IMG/VR virus record: IMGVR_UViG_3300045911_000062
Coordinates: 9,947-73,946 of that record
Origin: a virus
Direction: 5' to 3' (one strand)
DNA length: 64,000 bases
Shown piece by piece: positions 27,830-38,376 of this stretch. Under the pieces are notes generated by a model, which was not told the origin of the DNA, searched no databases, and worked only from the letters and a program-made list of their open reading frames with translations. Position numbers and translations under genes: made by a program. Position 1 is the stretch's first letter. Each line of letters starts with the position of its first letter.

Positions 27830-30520
27830 TCACAAACCTATCTCCACTCTTTCGGCCCATCCTCTTTCTGGTGAATGTCCCCAAAAAACTAATCTATTTG
27901 GTTTTTCATTAATAATAAACATTTCTTCATAGTGAATAGTACCATCTCCATTCAAAAATCTTTTTAGATTTTGTCCATCAATGTATTTTGTATGAATTGG
28001 TTTCCCTTCTTTGTCATCAAAAGCTACTAATATAAAATTATAATCGTTTGCTGGTAATTGTTTTCTATCTATATTAACTAGATGGTAAAATGATTTGTGG
28101 AATGATTCTTCCCATTCTCGTTCAGATTTATATGTGTATGGATTTGGCGGAAAATTATTTTCCATTGTCCATTTCTGGAAAGCACGTTTTTTGAAATGTA
28201 TTCCAGCATATTTCTCATAATCACGTAAAGATCTTACTTTTCCTAATGTATATGGTCCTAGATCGTGACCATTATTTTCTGTTTGTAGTAATTGCCTAAT
28301 ACGAGATCTGGCTATATCTTGTTGCTTCCACCATCTGTTATCTCCTCGTTTATGATGATCGTCCCAAACTAAAATTCCAGACCGCTCCTCACGCATTGTT
28401 GCATGCCATATAACTACCCTGTGAGGATGAAATAAATCATATCCATGAGTATAGCTTCTGACTGTTAAATTTATCTCTTCTCCACTAAAAAATATATTAG
28501 GATCATGACGAACATCTCTAGCCCATTTATTAGGTCCAAAAGCAAAATGACCGCTTAAGAATCTTGCTGGATATGGCTTAGTAAGACTCTTCCAATTTTT
28601 AACAGCAGTCGGCCTAATAAAAATAGTTCCGAATGGATAAAAACATGCTGCTTCTGATAACCACGGCTCTTGTACTCTATCTGCCGGATCATTTTTTGGA
28701 TTATAATATGGCAAATAACCACATATTAAAGGATTATATCCTTCATTCTTTAATTCGTAGTACCAAGACAAAAGTGTAATATCCCAATCTTCTTTAAATC
28801 TATGGTGAGAATCTAATTGTAAAACAAATTCTTCATCTTCAAGTAAAGTATCATTTATTAAAGCTCTTGCATATCCCAATCCTTTAGCTTCTAAGTAATT
28901 AATATCTATTATTTTAAATCTGGAATCAGTTCTAAATTCATCTAAATTATCAAACCCATCATCTGGATTGAATTGCCTACATATTCCAAAAATTATTCTA
29001 TCTGGATATTTTGCATTCTTTAGAGCATCCTTTATAGTAGGAACTAACTCTGGCTCTCTATATGCTGGTAGATGAACCAATATTCTATCAGATTTTATAT
29101 GTTCATCTATTGATTTTATAATTTGTATTTTATTCTCATCTTGTTTATACTTTACATCAATATTAAAATTTATAGTAGGCACTTTTTCTTCAATTTTGTT
29201 TTTTTCGTATATGTTTCCTTCTATAATAGATTGCCAACCATGCTCTTTTGAATGAGGCCATACGATCCACTTATAAGGTTTTTTATCATAATAAAAAGAT
29301 CTCCAAATTTTACAATAACCATCTGGATCATTTTTCATTCTTTTTATTTCTTCGGGGTCTATATCTTGACGATGAATCTCTTTGCCATCTTCATCCTTAA
29401 ATGCTACAACTAAACAGGTATAATCATCATATGGCAACTGATTAAATTGAATATCTATGCAATGTTTAAAAAAGTTTAAAAATGAATTATTATAATCTTC
29501 TTCATTATCAAACTGTGGATTCGGAGCATAATTATTTTCTAAAGTGTATCTTTGAACTTTTTTATCACTAAACCTTATTCCCGAATATTTTTCATAATCT
29601 TTTAAAGTCCTTTCTGGTCCAAAACCATACTTACCAAACTCTTCAGGGTTATAAATTTCACCGTCCATACTAAACAATTTTCTACAACGCAAATGTGCAT
29701 TAGAATTTAGTTTATGCCAATTTGAATAATCATCCCAATGTTTCTTCAACCCCCTTCTTGTATAGAAATGCCAAGCGACCACTTTATGAAGATGATATAA
29801 ATCATACCCCCATGTAAAAGCACGTACTGCAATAGAATGCTCTTCTCCATGGAAATATAATTCTGGATCGTGTTGAACCTCTACAGCAAATTCACCCTGA
29901 GTAAATGCAAAATGTGCAGAATAAAATCTTGCTGCAACTGGTTCGGTTCTAGACTCATAATCATCTATCGTTGCTGGTAAAAAATGCACTATACCTTCTG
30001 GACTAAATCTATCAAAATTCATTTTCCATGGTGCTTTGAGCCTGCTATCAGGATCATTATCAGGATCATATGATGGTAAATAACAAGTTATTAATGGTTT
30101 TTTTGATTTTTTCTTCAATGATTCATATTCATTTATTAAAATACTATCCCATTTTTCTACAAATCTATGATGAGAATCTAATTGAAGTGTATATTTTTCC
30201 CCATTATATTCCTGTTGAATCCTATTTCTCGCCCAGCATGCGCCCTTAGATTCAGTATATGGGACGTCTAATAAAAGTATAGACGCCCCATCTTTACTTA
30301 GTAAGTATTTGTCGAAATCTTTATCGATTTCAGAAAACACCTGCTCTATAATAAAGTTATTATCTAAAAAATTTTCTACTGATTCATCGTCTGAATGTTG
30401 CCAATTTACACAAATCTTTAAATTTTGTGGGTATTCAGCATTTTTTATAATATCTATTAATGTAGGTATTAATTCGTTATCTCTATAAGATGCAATCTGT
30501 ACAAAAATTGTATTTTCCAT
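27830..30520 (-). CDS. Tandem double-domain GT60-type (Skp1 Gnt1-like) polypeptide GlcNAc-transferase
   Basis: Two copies of IFVQIASYRD/ILVHLPAYRE..SKGACWAR/AKGLGYAR..LQLDSHHRF..WD..ARF.S.HFAF..HDP..F.GEE..R..T.GYDL.H. Confidence 0.85.
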   Translation of the reverse strand: MENTIFVQIASYRDNELIPTLIDIIKNAEYPQNLKICVNWQHSDDESVENFLDNNFIIEQVFSEIDKDFDKYLLSKDGASILLLDVPYTESKGACWARNRIQQEYNGEKYTLQLDSHHRFVEKWDSILINEYESLKKKSKKPLITCYLPSYDPDNDPDSRLKAPWKMNFDRFSPEGIVHFLPATIDDYESRTEPVAARFYSAHFAFTQGEFAVEVQHDPELYFHGEEHSIAVRAFTWGYDLYHLHKVVAWHFYTRRGLKKHWDDYSNWHKLNSNAHLRCRKLFSMDGEIYNPEEFGKYGFGPERTLKDYEKYSGIRFSDKKVQRYTLENNYAPNPQFDNEEDYNNSFLNFFKHCIDIQFNQLPYDDYTCLVVAFKDEDGKEIHRQDIDPEEIKRMKNDPDGYCKIWRSFYYDKKPYKWIVWPHSKEHGWQSIIEGNIYEKNKIEEKVPTINFNIDVKYKQDENKIQIIKSIDEHIKSDRILVHLPAYREPELVPTIKDALKNAKYPDRIIFGICRQFNPDDGFDNLDEFRTDSRFKIIDINYLEAKGLGYARALINDTLLEDEEFVLQLDSHHRFKEDWDITLLSWYYELKNEGYNPLICGYLPYYNPKNDPADRVQEPWLSEAACFYPFGTIFIRPTAVKNWKSLTKPYPARFLSGHFAFGPNKWARDVRHDPNIFFSGEEINLTVRSYTHGYDLFHPHRVVIWHATMREERSGILVWDDHHKRGDNRWWKQQDIARSRIRQLLQTENNGHDLGPYTLGKVRSLRDYEKYAGIHFKKRAFQKWTMENNFPPNPYTYKSEREWEESFHKSFYHLVNIDRKQLPANDYNFILVAFDDKEGKPIHTKYIDGQNLKRFLNGDGTIHYEEMFIINEKPNRLVFWGHSPERGWAERVEIGL

Positions 30521-30577
30521 TATTCACCTAGCATAAAAAAGGGGGTTAAAAATTTCACTTATATTTTTATTTCTTTA

Positions 30578-31024
30578 TTATGATGAGACTGAACTTTGTT
30601 TAGATTTTGTTGTAGTAGCTTCTACTTTAGGAGCTTCTACTTTAGGAGCTTCTTGCCCAGAAACAGCCATAGATAAAGACATTTGATTATGTGATACACC
30701 AAATCCATGTCCTGGGAGAGATGTTTTCCCATTAGTATGTAATACTCGTACTAATTGATGATATAAAACCAATGCGTTCTGCCCATTTGGTAAAGTTACT
30801 TGACTTAATAAATCCCATAGCTCATAACGATGAGCATCGCGACGTTTAAGTATTTTTACAAAACGCTCCTTATCAATTTTATCTAAATGCAATGTCTTGA
30901 TAAAATAAATATCACCATTTGATGGATCTTCACGCATAACTAACACTTCTTGCATCACTCCGTCTATCAATATTCTACGTAAGTGATTGTATACTGGTGC
31001 TGTTTTTTGTGTAACTCTTGACAT
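30578..31024 (-). CDS. Hypothetical phage protein
   Basis: AAGGAG RBS; late motif at 31053-31060; short EAPKV repeat at the C-terminus. Confidence 0.65.
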   Translation of the reverse strand: MSRVTQKTAPVYNHLRRILIDGVMQEVLVMREDPSNGDIYFIKTLHLDKIDKERFVKILKRRDAHRYELWDLLSQVTLPNGQNALVLYHQLVRVLHTNGKTSLPGHGFGVSHNQMSLSMAVSGQEAPKVEAPKVEATTTKSKQSSVSS

Positions 31025-31076
31025 AATTTCATTTCTCCTTTAGAATTTGAATTATTTATGACAGGAAAAAAATATC

Positions 31077-31484
31077 GTGCCGAAAAGAGCTATGTTAGTC
31101 CCATATATGAAATGGGAAGAAAAAATATATTTTTTATGCATGAGACCATCCAACTCAAAATATGGTGGAACGCATTATCAATTCTGTAAAGGTAGGATAG
31201 ATGATGGTGAAACATCTAAATCCGCTGCTATAAGAGAGGCTACAGAAGAGCTTGGCATCAATCCAAACTATGCATCACCATTGGTTTTTGTAAATCGGGT
31301 AATGAATGGTACATGCGATCTATACATATGTGAATATAATTATAATTCATATCCAGAAACTACGGAAGAAACGTTACACACTGCTTTCTTGTCTGAAGAA
31401 GAATTTATGTTAATAGGTCGCGATTGGCAAAAGCCAATCGCAAAAATGATATCAAATTTTATAAATCAACAGAAACTAATTTAG
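31077..31484 (+). CDS. NUDIX hydrolase
   Basis: Nudix box GRIDDGETSKSAAIREATEELG. Confidence 0.9.
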   Translation: MPKRAMLVPYMKWEEKIYFLCMRPSNSKYGGTHYQFCKGRIDDGETSKSAAIREATEELGINPNYASPLVFVNRVMNGTCDLYICEYNYNSYPETTEETLHTAFLSEEEFMLIGRDWQKPIAKMISNFINQQKLI

Positions 31485-32394
31485 TATCTAGATCCATTAT
31501 TAAGCTATATACGTTGTATAATTCATAATCTCCCTGTTCCCCACCCCAATACTCTTGACCATATCTAGAAACAATAATTTTATAATTAAAACCATCTTCA
31601 TATTCATAAATTTTAATTAGTTTGAATTGGTGATACCTAGCATACTCAAGAATTTTTTCCAGTTTAACATTAGTTATATCAATCTTAAATACATTATGTG
31701 GCATGTTGTAATATTTTGCAATAAACAAATATTTTGTAGAACTTATTTCTTCAATTATTCTGTCTAAATGATCGTACCCAAGAAATTGTTTCCAAGAAAT
31801 CCAATTTTTTCTGTAATGTAAGTCTGGCCTTCTTGGTATGCCTTTTGGACATTTTCCGTTTTTACAAAGTTCCTTCCAATCTTCGTATCGTTTCAGTCCT
31901 AACTTTCTAACAACTGCAACAGCATCGTCATATTTCATATATTTTCTATTTTTTGCTTGTTGTATAATAGAAAGATTATTTGTTCCTAAATAATAGTTCC
32001 ATCCCTTCCAATAATGTTTATAAATTTGATCTGGATTTCTTGGTATTTTTGAAGGTCTGTTGAATTTATACCATTTTATATACTGTTTTATAGAACCTAT
32101 GTTTTCTTCCAATATAATAGCCCTAGCCTTTTCGTATGGTAATGATGTTCTTTTTCTCCCTGGTTTCTTTTTTAGATGTTCTGGAATTCTTTTGTACACC
32201 CTTTTTTTGGGAGGTACTTTTAAATGGTCTGGTTTTTTTGGTCGGCCACGCGGCCTGCCAGTTGGCACATAGGGGGTTCTTCCTTTCTTATTAGGATTAG
32301 GCGGCCTTCCTACTGGTCGTTTAACAACCTTTTTTTCAATTTCTGTAATAGGCATATCATTACCTATTTCGATAACATCTTCTTTATCTAACAT
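31459..32394 (-). CDS. DNA-binding protein with AT-hooks and phage integrase-repeat-like units
   Basis: RPVGRPP, GRPRGRPKK, KPGRKR; two Y..A..IPR.P..Y..W..W...LG units. Confidence 0.65.
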   Translation of the reverse strand: MLDKEDVIEIGNDMPITEIEKKVVKRPVGRPPNPNKKGRTPYVPTGRPRGRPKKPDHLKVPPKKRVYKRIPEHLKKKPGRKRTSLPYEKARAIILEENIGSIKQYIKWYKFNRPSKIPRNPDQIYKHYWKGWNYYLGTNNLSIIQQAKNRKYMKYDDAVAVVRKLGLKRYEDWKELCKNGKCPKGIPRRPDLHYRKNWISWKQFLGYDHLDRIIEEISSTKYLFIAKYYNMPHNVFKIDITNVKLEKILEYARYHQFKLIKIYEYEDGFNYKIIVSRYGQEYWGGEQGDYELYNVYSLIMDLDTKLVSVDL

Positions 32395-32430
32395 ATCCCC
32401 ATCTTTTTGTTTTTCTCATAAATATATTGC

Positions 32431-32889
32431 ATGGATATTAGAAAATTATCACTACATTTAGCTGAATCTGTTGATGCGTGGAGAGTTGTTCCCCGCATGA
32501 TATTAGTTTGCTATGCTTGGCTAGTAAATCAACTATATTTATGGTATACAAAAATACCGACATATGTGCAAGAGAAATGTGATGCTGCCATTCTACAAAT
32601 ATTCACAGAAGCAGGAATGGAATTGGAAAAAGCTCAAAAACTTGCATGTACGGTTATAGATGTGGTCGGAGGGCCGACCCCTGCACAATCTGCGTTCGTG
32701 ACTACAATCATTGGGTTATCAACTGGTATATTTGGTCTATATGCGTCTACGGGACGAAAATGGGATAAAAGTGAATCACAAATAAACATAGTCCCATACG
32801 CTCCACCTACTGATGTTCCTTCAGAACAACCTATTGTTAAAAACAAAAAATCTTATAATGATCAAGAAGATACTGGACCAAAACCATAA
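32431..32889 (+). CDS. Two-TM membrane protein (holin candidate)
   Basis: Hydrophobic segments WRVVPRMILVCYAWLV and FVTTIIGLSTGIFGLY; CATAAATA at 32417-32424. Confidence 0.5.
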   Translation: MDIRKLSLHLAESVDAWRVVPRMILVCYAWLVNQLYLWYTKIPTYVQEKCDAAILQIFTEAGMELEKAQKLACTVIDVVGGPTPAQSAFVTTIIGLSTGIFGLYASTGRKWDKSESQINIVPYAPPTDVPSEQPIVKNKKSYNDQEDTGPKP

Positions 32890-32890
32890 A

Positions 32891-33823
32891 TTACTTTTTG
32901 CCAAGTAATAAGCCAGTAAAGTTAGATAAATTTTCTGAAATGTTTTTTAAGCCCGCATGATTACAAAATTTCATAAATTCTATCATGTTGTAACGTGATC
33001 TATCTGTTTTCTTAACAGTTTGACGTATTAGCTCTTTTATTTCATCAGGCTGAGAATCGAGATCCATTAATAAGATATTTTCATTGAATAAATCAACAGT
33101 TTTGAAATTTTTCTTTTTTAAATCACCATTTTCATCAAAATATTCAACTTCAAAAGTATGTTGTAAAATATTTTCTAACGTATAATCATCGGTATACGCT
33201 TTTTTAATTTTATCTGAACGCAAACGTGGATATGATGACATAACATTATCACCAGCATCTCCACGGAAACATTTTTGAAACATGAAATAATCTACATCAA
33301 AATCATATTCCTCAAGTGTTTTGGGTTTATCTTTAATAGGATCATAAACAATAACATTATCATATTTTAATAATTGAAGTAAATCATTATCACCGGATAA
33401 TATTATATGTGTATCATCTGGATATTCAGCAACAAACCCTGCTATTATATCATCTGCTTCTAATTTTTCTTTTTCTAATACTAGAATTCCAGTTTTTTCT
33501 TTAAGAATAGATTTAAAGTATTTAATGTGATCATCGAATATTTTTAATTCATTTATTTGATTTTCTGTTAAATTTTTTCTACGATTTGCTTTGTACTTTT
33601 TAATAGTAATACACTTATCACTAGAAGTATACTCTTTCCTCCAAGAAAAACTATCAAATACACATACAACATTATCTGGAAAAAACTTCTTAAAGTACAT
33701 ATTCATGGATGTTAATGCTTTATGTAGCCCTAATGCAATCATAGTTTCTGCATCAAGATCTTCACGTATAGAAAAAAATGTTCTATATAATAAATGATGT
33801 GTATCAAATATTAAATGTTTCAT
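32891..33823 (-). CDS. RNase H / 5'-3' flap exonuclease (T4 Rnh-like)
   Basis: LIFD, VFD, YKANR, LEADDII, SGDNDLLQL, GDAGDNV. Confidence 0.9.
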   Translation of the reverse strand: MKHLIFDTHHLLYRTFFSIREDLDAETMIALGLHKALTSMNMYFKKFFPDNVVCVFDSFSWRKEYTSSDKCITIKKYKANRRKNLTENQINELKIFDDHIKYFKSILKEKTGILVLEKEKLEADDIIAGFVAEYPDDTHIILSGDNDLLQLLKYDNVIVYDPIKDKPKTLEEYDFDVDYFMFQKCFRGDAGDNVMSSYPRLRSDKIKKAYTDDYTLENILQHTFEVEYFDENGDLKKKNFKTVDLFNENILLMDLDSQPDEIKELIRQTVKKTDRSRYNMIEFMKFCNHAGLKNISENLSNFTGLLLGKK

Positions 33824-34335
33824 TGATTAGCTAATTCTTTTAACCATAATTCTACCACTTGTGATTCATCTTCTGCAGTAAATCCATTTTTCCTAAGCAT
33901 AGAAATAAAAGAATCATTCCAATCTAGAGACAATTTAAATTTGCCGTCATTATCATCCCACATATCACCAACTATGCTTACCCATGGCTCTTTAGACTTT
34001 TTTTTATGTTCAATAACGATATCATTAGTTTTATCTAATATTTCTGATATTTTTTGCTTTCCGTCATCAGTAGTCGTTAACCTGACTAATATTTTATCTA
34101 TTATATTTAATATTAAATCGTCCTTATTTACTATCTTTTCTATTAAAGAATTATATATAGAGTCCACAAACTCATTCTTTTTCTGTGATATGAGATCATC
34201 ATATTCGCTTACCGACTGAATATTTTCTAAAAGTTCTGCTATGTAAGCACCTTTATTTTTTGCAATACTATCTGCAAGATCTTTTATAAATTTATTGTCT
34301 TTTAGAAGTTTTTCTTTATTTAAAAGCATATTCAT
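33820..34335 (-). CDS. Hypothetical protein in the replication operon
   Basis: EPWVSIV..LDWNDSFI..L..NGF; ATGA coupling to the RNase H gene. Confidence 0.6.
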   Translation of the reverse strand: MNMLLNKEKLLKDNKFIKDLADSIAKNKGAYIAELLENIQSVSEYDDLISQKKNEFVDSIYNSLIEKIVNKDDLILNIIDKILVRLTTTDDGKQKISEILDKTNDIVIEHKKKSKEPWVSIVGDMWDDNDGKFKLSLDWNDSFISMLRKNGFTAEDESQVVELWLKELANQ

Positions 34336-34339
34336 CCCT

Positions 34340-35053
34340 TTATAATTCTGCTATTGTATATACGGTAATGCCTTTTGATTGCGTTATCATAAATCCACGT
34401 TTTGTTATTTTTACATTCCTATAATTCGCTAACACTGCATCACGGATAAGTCTGGATATCTTCTTTGTGGAATAAACAAAATTAAATTCATCAACACTAC
34501 CATCATCATTCCATGTGATTTTGGATTCCGTTTCGTGTTCTAACACATCTCTATTTTCATCTTCAACTTTTAATAATAATCCAGGTGTAGATTTCTTTCC
34601 TATTAAGGAAATCGTTTTTGTATCCATCGCGGTAGTAACTCTATTAAGAACTGTTAAAGTTTCGGCATCCATATCGAATGAAAACCAAACTGGATCATTT
34701 ACCCTGACTGGAAATTTTACTTTTTCAGGATCTATACATCTAAATTCGATTTTTGTTCTTTTACTTTTAAATGTAAGTTTTGTTATTTTCTTTCCATCAT
34801 CATCGTAAAAGACATCATAATGTGACAGGTTATCAACCATTGCTAAACGTTTTTTTAACGAATCTAATCTAGAAACAGCCAATGGAGGAAAAGAAAATTT
34901 CTCAGGCATCTCTTGTAATATAAATATTCCAACTTCTGAAGAATACCCACCTATTCTGTTTTCTTTAAATGATATATCAGTAATCTCATTCGAATGAGCT
35001 ATATCGATTGTTTTTCTAATAAGTTCTATATCTTGTTGTGATAGTTTATTCAT
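34340..35053 (-). CDS. Probable sliding clamp (gp45-like)
   Basis: 237 aa, immediately downstream of PolB, clamp-like alternating alpha/beta pattern; mainly size and context. Confidence 0.55.
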   Translation of the reverse strand: MNKLSQQDIELIRKTIDIAHSNEITDISFKENRIGGYSSEVGIFILQEMPEKFSFPPLAVSRLDSLKKRLAMVDNLSHYDVFYDDDGKKITKLTFKSKRTKIEFRCIDPEKVKFPVRVNDPVWFSFDMDAETLTVLNRVTTAMDTKTISLIGKKSTPGLLLKVEDENRDVLEHETESKITWNDDGSVDEFNFVYSTKKISRLIRDAVLANYRNVKITKRGFMITQSKGITVYTIAEL

Positions 35054-37666
35054 TTATTCAAATTCCACTAAGTCTTGTACTAACAATGTTTTTCGTGTTG
35101 GTAACTCTTCACCAATTGCATCTAATAAAGGTTTACATACTTGATCTATCACGCGAACAATCTGTTCGTCTCTATCTATTAGAGGTTCAATCTGTTCTGT
35201 GAACCATTTTGGTATGTTTTTTAAATCTACTGGAATGGCAATTGATTTAAAGTTTCCAATTTTCTTTTTGAGATAAAAAGTTTTTATTCTCATTCCAGAC
35301 AATATTTTCATAGATTCTTTATCATTATTGGCTTCCAAACATTTATTCCAATGTATTGCGGCCATTGCATGCCCTGTAATTGTAACACCCTTTTGTCCGT
35401 TTTGATAGTATTGAATATATTCATCTAATTTGTTAACACGTTTGGGGAGTCCTAATCTATCAAGATCTAATTTTTCTGCATTTAATAATTTTTCCCTCTG
35501 TTCCAAAATAGAAAGGCCCACAGACTTCCAAGGCTCTCCTTTTAAGAATCTTTCAAAATGTTGAGACAACATTTTACGAATTAACTTAGGAGTATTAGTC
35601 TTTTTAATTTGTAACCCTTTTGTTACCATTTTATCAACTTTAATGCCATCTTTTTCCACTATGTGCATCATATAATTTTTCTTACCTTTCGTAAAAATAC
35701 ATCGGTCAGAAATAGTTTCTTGAGAAACTTTAAATATATTTAAATAATCTTCACTTAATAGAAAATGTTCTTGTGAAAAGGAATTAAAAGAACTATTAAT
35801 AAAATCTGCAATATCTTTCGCCTTTTTTGAACATGCTTCATAATTATTTTCTAAGGTTTTGAAAAGATTAGAGTCTGTATCGCCAGCTATAACATACTCA
35901 TTAGGATATACATATTTCCCATCTAAAAACTTAGATATAGATTTTGCCATGTGATATAATATCTGTCTGCCAGTCTTAGTCGTAGATTCTGCCATTCTTA
36001 CATCGAAGAATCTAAAAAACCTATTTCCACATGCGCCATAAGTCGAGTTCAATTTTAATTTGAACACTTTCTGCATAAGATCATATAATTTATGTTCGTC
36101 TTGATATTTTTTAGCAGTATTAGGATCTGTAGATTCCAGTTCTAGGAATTTTTTCTCAAATTCTTCCGACTTATTTTTAAACTGTTTTCTCTTACTAAAC
36201 CATTCCTTTAATAAGGATGGAATTATCCCCTTTTTATCTAAGTTAAAAACTGTACCATACCCACTTATAGAACAATTCATCTCTCTTAATAAAGAATTCC
36301 ATTCCTTACCAGTCAAAAATTCTACACTACCGTCTTCAAATATGAATGATAATTTTTTATCAGTTTTTTGTATAACATTCTCATATGCTATATCGGTATC
36401 AGTAAACTGTCCAACCAATGTATCAAAACTTATATTAACAGACATCATTGATGATGGATATAATGAATTTACATCGATTGAACCAACCCATTCGTGCAAA
36501 CCAACAATAGGATTGAGAACGAATGCACCACCAAACTTTTTATCAGAGGTCTCTCCATCTATTTCTTTATCATTTACAACAATATTTAAAGTATGATGGC
36601 AATAATTTATTATTGCCATCTCCGTTAAACGTATAGTTCCTAAAACATCATTCAATAGACCTGTATCCATATGATACATTAAAATTGCTAATTTAATGTA
36701 GCCAAATTTTTCCTCAAAACCTTTCAAAATTTCACAGTCTCTAATATTATATCTTAGAAAAAAGTTAAAGTCATTTTTATACAAATCTGCTAAACTTCCT
36801 TCGTATTCTAATTTTGGTAAATCAGGAAGTTTCTCTTCTGCGACAGCCTCTAAAGCAAAAGAGTCACGTTCTCCTGGCTCAAATTTAATCATTACTAACA
36901 TCAAATCTATAAGACACCTACCAGAAGTTACTAATACTGGGTTTACCTTTCCTAAAGTATCTTGCTTATCTTTTAAATATGGTTTTCTGGCTTTATCAAA
37001 AGATAATTTATTAACTATTTCTTCACCACATACCATTTTCAAACGTTGATATATGTATATGTCATCGAAACCTTCGCTATTCCATCCAGATAATATATCA
37101 ACGTCTTCTAATTCATCAATAAATGATAATAATAATTCTTTCTCCGTATAAAAAAGTCTTATTTCTGCTAATTGCAATACTTCTTTTGAAACATGTTTCA
37201 TTTTGAAATTTTTATCTGGAGGAACAGCTAATACAAGCATCTTTCCTGTATGTACTGAATATAAAGATATTGCATTAATTGGTGCGTATGGTTCATTGTA
37301 TATGTCTGGCATGCCCCTCGTTTTGTCGTAGTCTATTTCTATATCATAGAATGCTACATTAAGGTTTGTAGTAGATTTATTATTAAAATAATGCTGTGAC
37401 AATACTTTATATTCTAAAGGGATATCAGACTCCCATAATTTTTTTCCTTGCGCTTTTAATTTTTTTGCAGAATCGTAATAATCATTATAATTGTCAAACT
37501 CTAATTTTGCTAGTTTTGTTCCTTTATAGTCACGATATTTTCCATTAGGATCTTCCAAATAGAAATATAAAGGGGAAGGATATTCTTTAATAATCCTTCC
37601 CTGATCTGTTCTCTCCCACACCTTTACGTGGGATCTATCATAACTTGCTTGTGCAGAAATATACAT
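35054..37666 (-). CDS. Family B DNA polymerase (gp43-like)
   Basis: Exo motifs YDIE, GWNSEGFD, YNIRD; Pol motifs DVNSLYPS, KLKLNSTYG, GDTDS, KGL. Confidence 0.96.
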   Translation of the reverse strand: MYISAQASYDRSHVKVWERTDQGRIIKEYPSPLYFYLEDPNGKYRDYKGTKLAKLEFDNYNDYYDSAKKLKAQGKKLWESDIPLEYKVLSQHYFNNKSTTNLNVAFYDIEIDYDKTRGMPDIYNEPYAPINAISLYSVHTGKMLVLAVPPDKNFKMKHVSKEVLQLAEIRLFYTEKELLLSFIDELEDVDILSGWNSEGFDDIYIYQRLKMVCGEEIVNKLSFDKARKPYLKDKQDTLGKVNPVLVTSGRCLIDLMLVMIKFEPGERDSFALEAVAEEKLPDLPKLEYEGSLADLYKNDFNFFLRYNIRDCEILKGFEEKFGYIKLAILMYHMDTGLLNDVLGTIRLTEMAIINYCHHTLNIVVNDKEIDGETSDKKFGGAFVLNPIVGLHEWVGSIDVNSLYPSSMMSVNISFDTLVGQFTDTDIAYENVIQKTDKKLSFIFEDGSVEFLTGKEWNSLLREMNCSISGYGTVFNLDKKGIIPSLLKEWFSKRKQFKNKSEEFEKKFLELESTDPNTAKKYQDEHKLYDLMQKVFKLKLNSTYGACGNRFFRFFDVRMAESTTKTGRQILYHMAKSISKFLDGKYVYPNEYVIAGDTDSNLFKTLENNYEACSKKAKDIADFINSSFNSFSQEHFLLSEDYLNIFKVSQETISDRCIFTKGKKNYMMHIVEKDGIKVDKMVTKGLQIKKTNTPKLIRKMLSQHFERFLKGEPWKSVGLSILEQREKLLNAEKLDLDRLGLPKRVNKLDEYIQYYQNGQKGVTITGHAMAAIHWNKCLEANNDKESMKILSGMRIKTFYLKKKIGNFKSIAIPVDLKNIPKWFTEQIEPLIDRDEQIVRVIDQVCKPLLDAIGEELPTRKTLLVQDLVEFE

Positions 37667-37677
37667 TTAAAATGCCG

Positions 37678-37986
37678 TCACTCCGTTTCGCTTACAGACT
37701 CTTTAAATAGTCTAGTATATACTTCTCCAAAGATTGTATTCTCATGATCAAGGTCATCAAAATTTTGCTTATTAAAAGTTACAGCCATTTTCTTTGCAAC
37801 AGCTTTTGGAATCTTAAATCCAACTTCGATGTCTTCGCATCTGTCAGATATTTTTTCTCGGGTATCTTTAATAACTTCTATTAAGCCTGAAATTTCAAAT
37901 AATATATTTCTTAATGCTTTAATATCTTCTTCTTTAGTTGGCATTACAAAAGTATCTACTACTTTTTCTTTCTTTGGTCTTGGCAT
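37678..37986 (-). CDS. dsDNA-binding protein (T4 DsbA/GapR-like)
   Basis: Helical 102 aa, EIS..I....E.I....IPK....KMA..F.KQNF; GAGGA RBS. Confidence 0.6.
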   Translation of the reverse strand: MPRPKKEKVVDTFVMPTKEEDIKALRNILFEISGLIEVIKDTREKISDRCEDIEVGFKIPKAVAKKMAVTFNKQNFDDLDHENTIFGEVYTRLFKESVSETE

Positions 37987-38012
37987 TTTGATAAATCCTC
38001 TATTGTCCAGTC

Positions 38013-38041
38013 ATGATAAACCGATTCAGAAGAAATATCAA
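38013..38041 (-). promoter_or_regulatory. Sigma70-type promoter of the replication operon
   Basis: Minus strand TTGATA (38041-38036), 17-nt spacer, TATCAT (38018-38013). Confidence 0.55.
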
Positions 38042-38046
38042 CCACC

Positions 38047-38373
38047 TCAATACAAAGAATACCACATCCCAACAAAGTTATGTTTATTATATTTTATTTT
38101 AAAAACATTAACGTTATTAAACGAATCAAAAGATAGCATTAGATAACAATCTAGTAGCTCCAAACTATAATTATTATAATGAATTAATATTTCGTCAAAT
38201 TTATTTGTTATTTCAAATTGATAGGTATGGTTTTTATCTAATAAAATTAATTCATATAAAGTTATAAAATTAGTATCTGCATCTTTCGTTATTAATTTTT
38301 CCTCTTTTATATCTGCATGAATTTCATATATTTTTTTATTTTGTGTTAATATTATTTTTGCTGGTTTTTTCAT
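38047..38373 (-). CDS. Hypothetical protein
   Basis: 108-aa ORF tiling with neighbours. Confidence 0.5.
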   Translation of the reverse strand: MKKPAKIILTQNKKIYEIHADIKEEKLITKDADTNFITLYELILLDKNHTYQFEITNKFDEILIHYNNYSLELLDCYLMLSFDSFNNVNVFKIKYNKHNFVGMWYSLY

Positions 38374-38376
38374 AAT

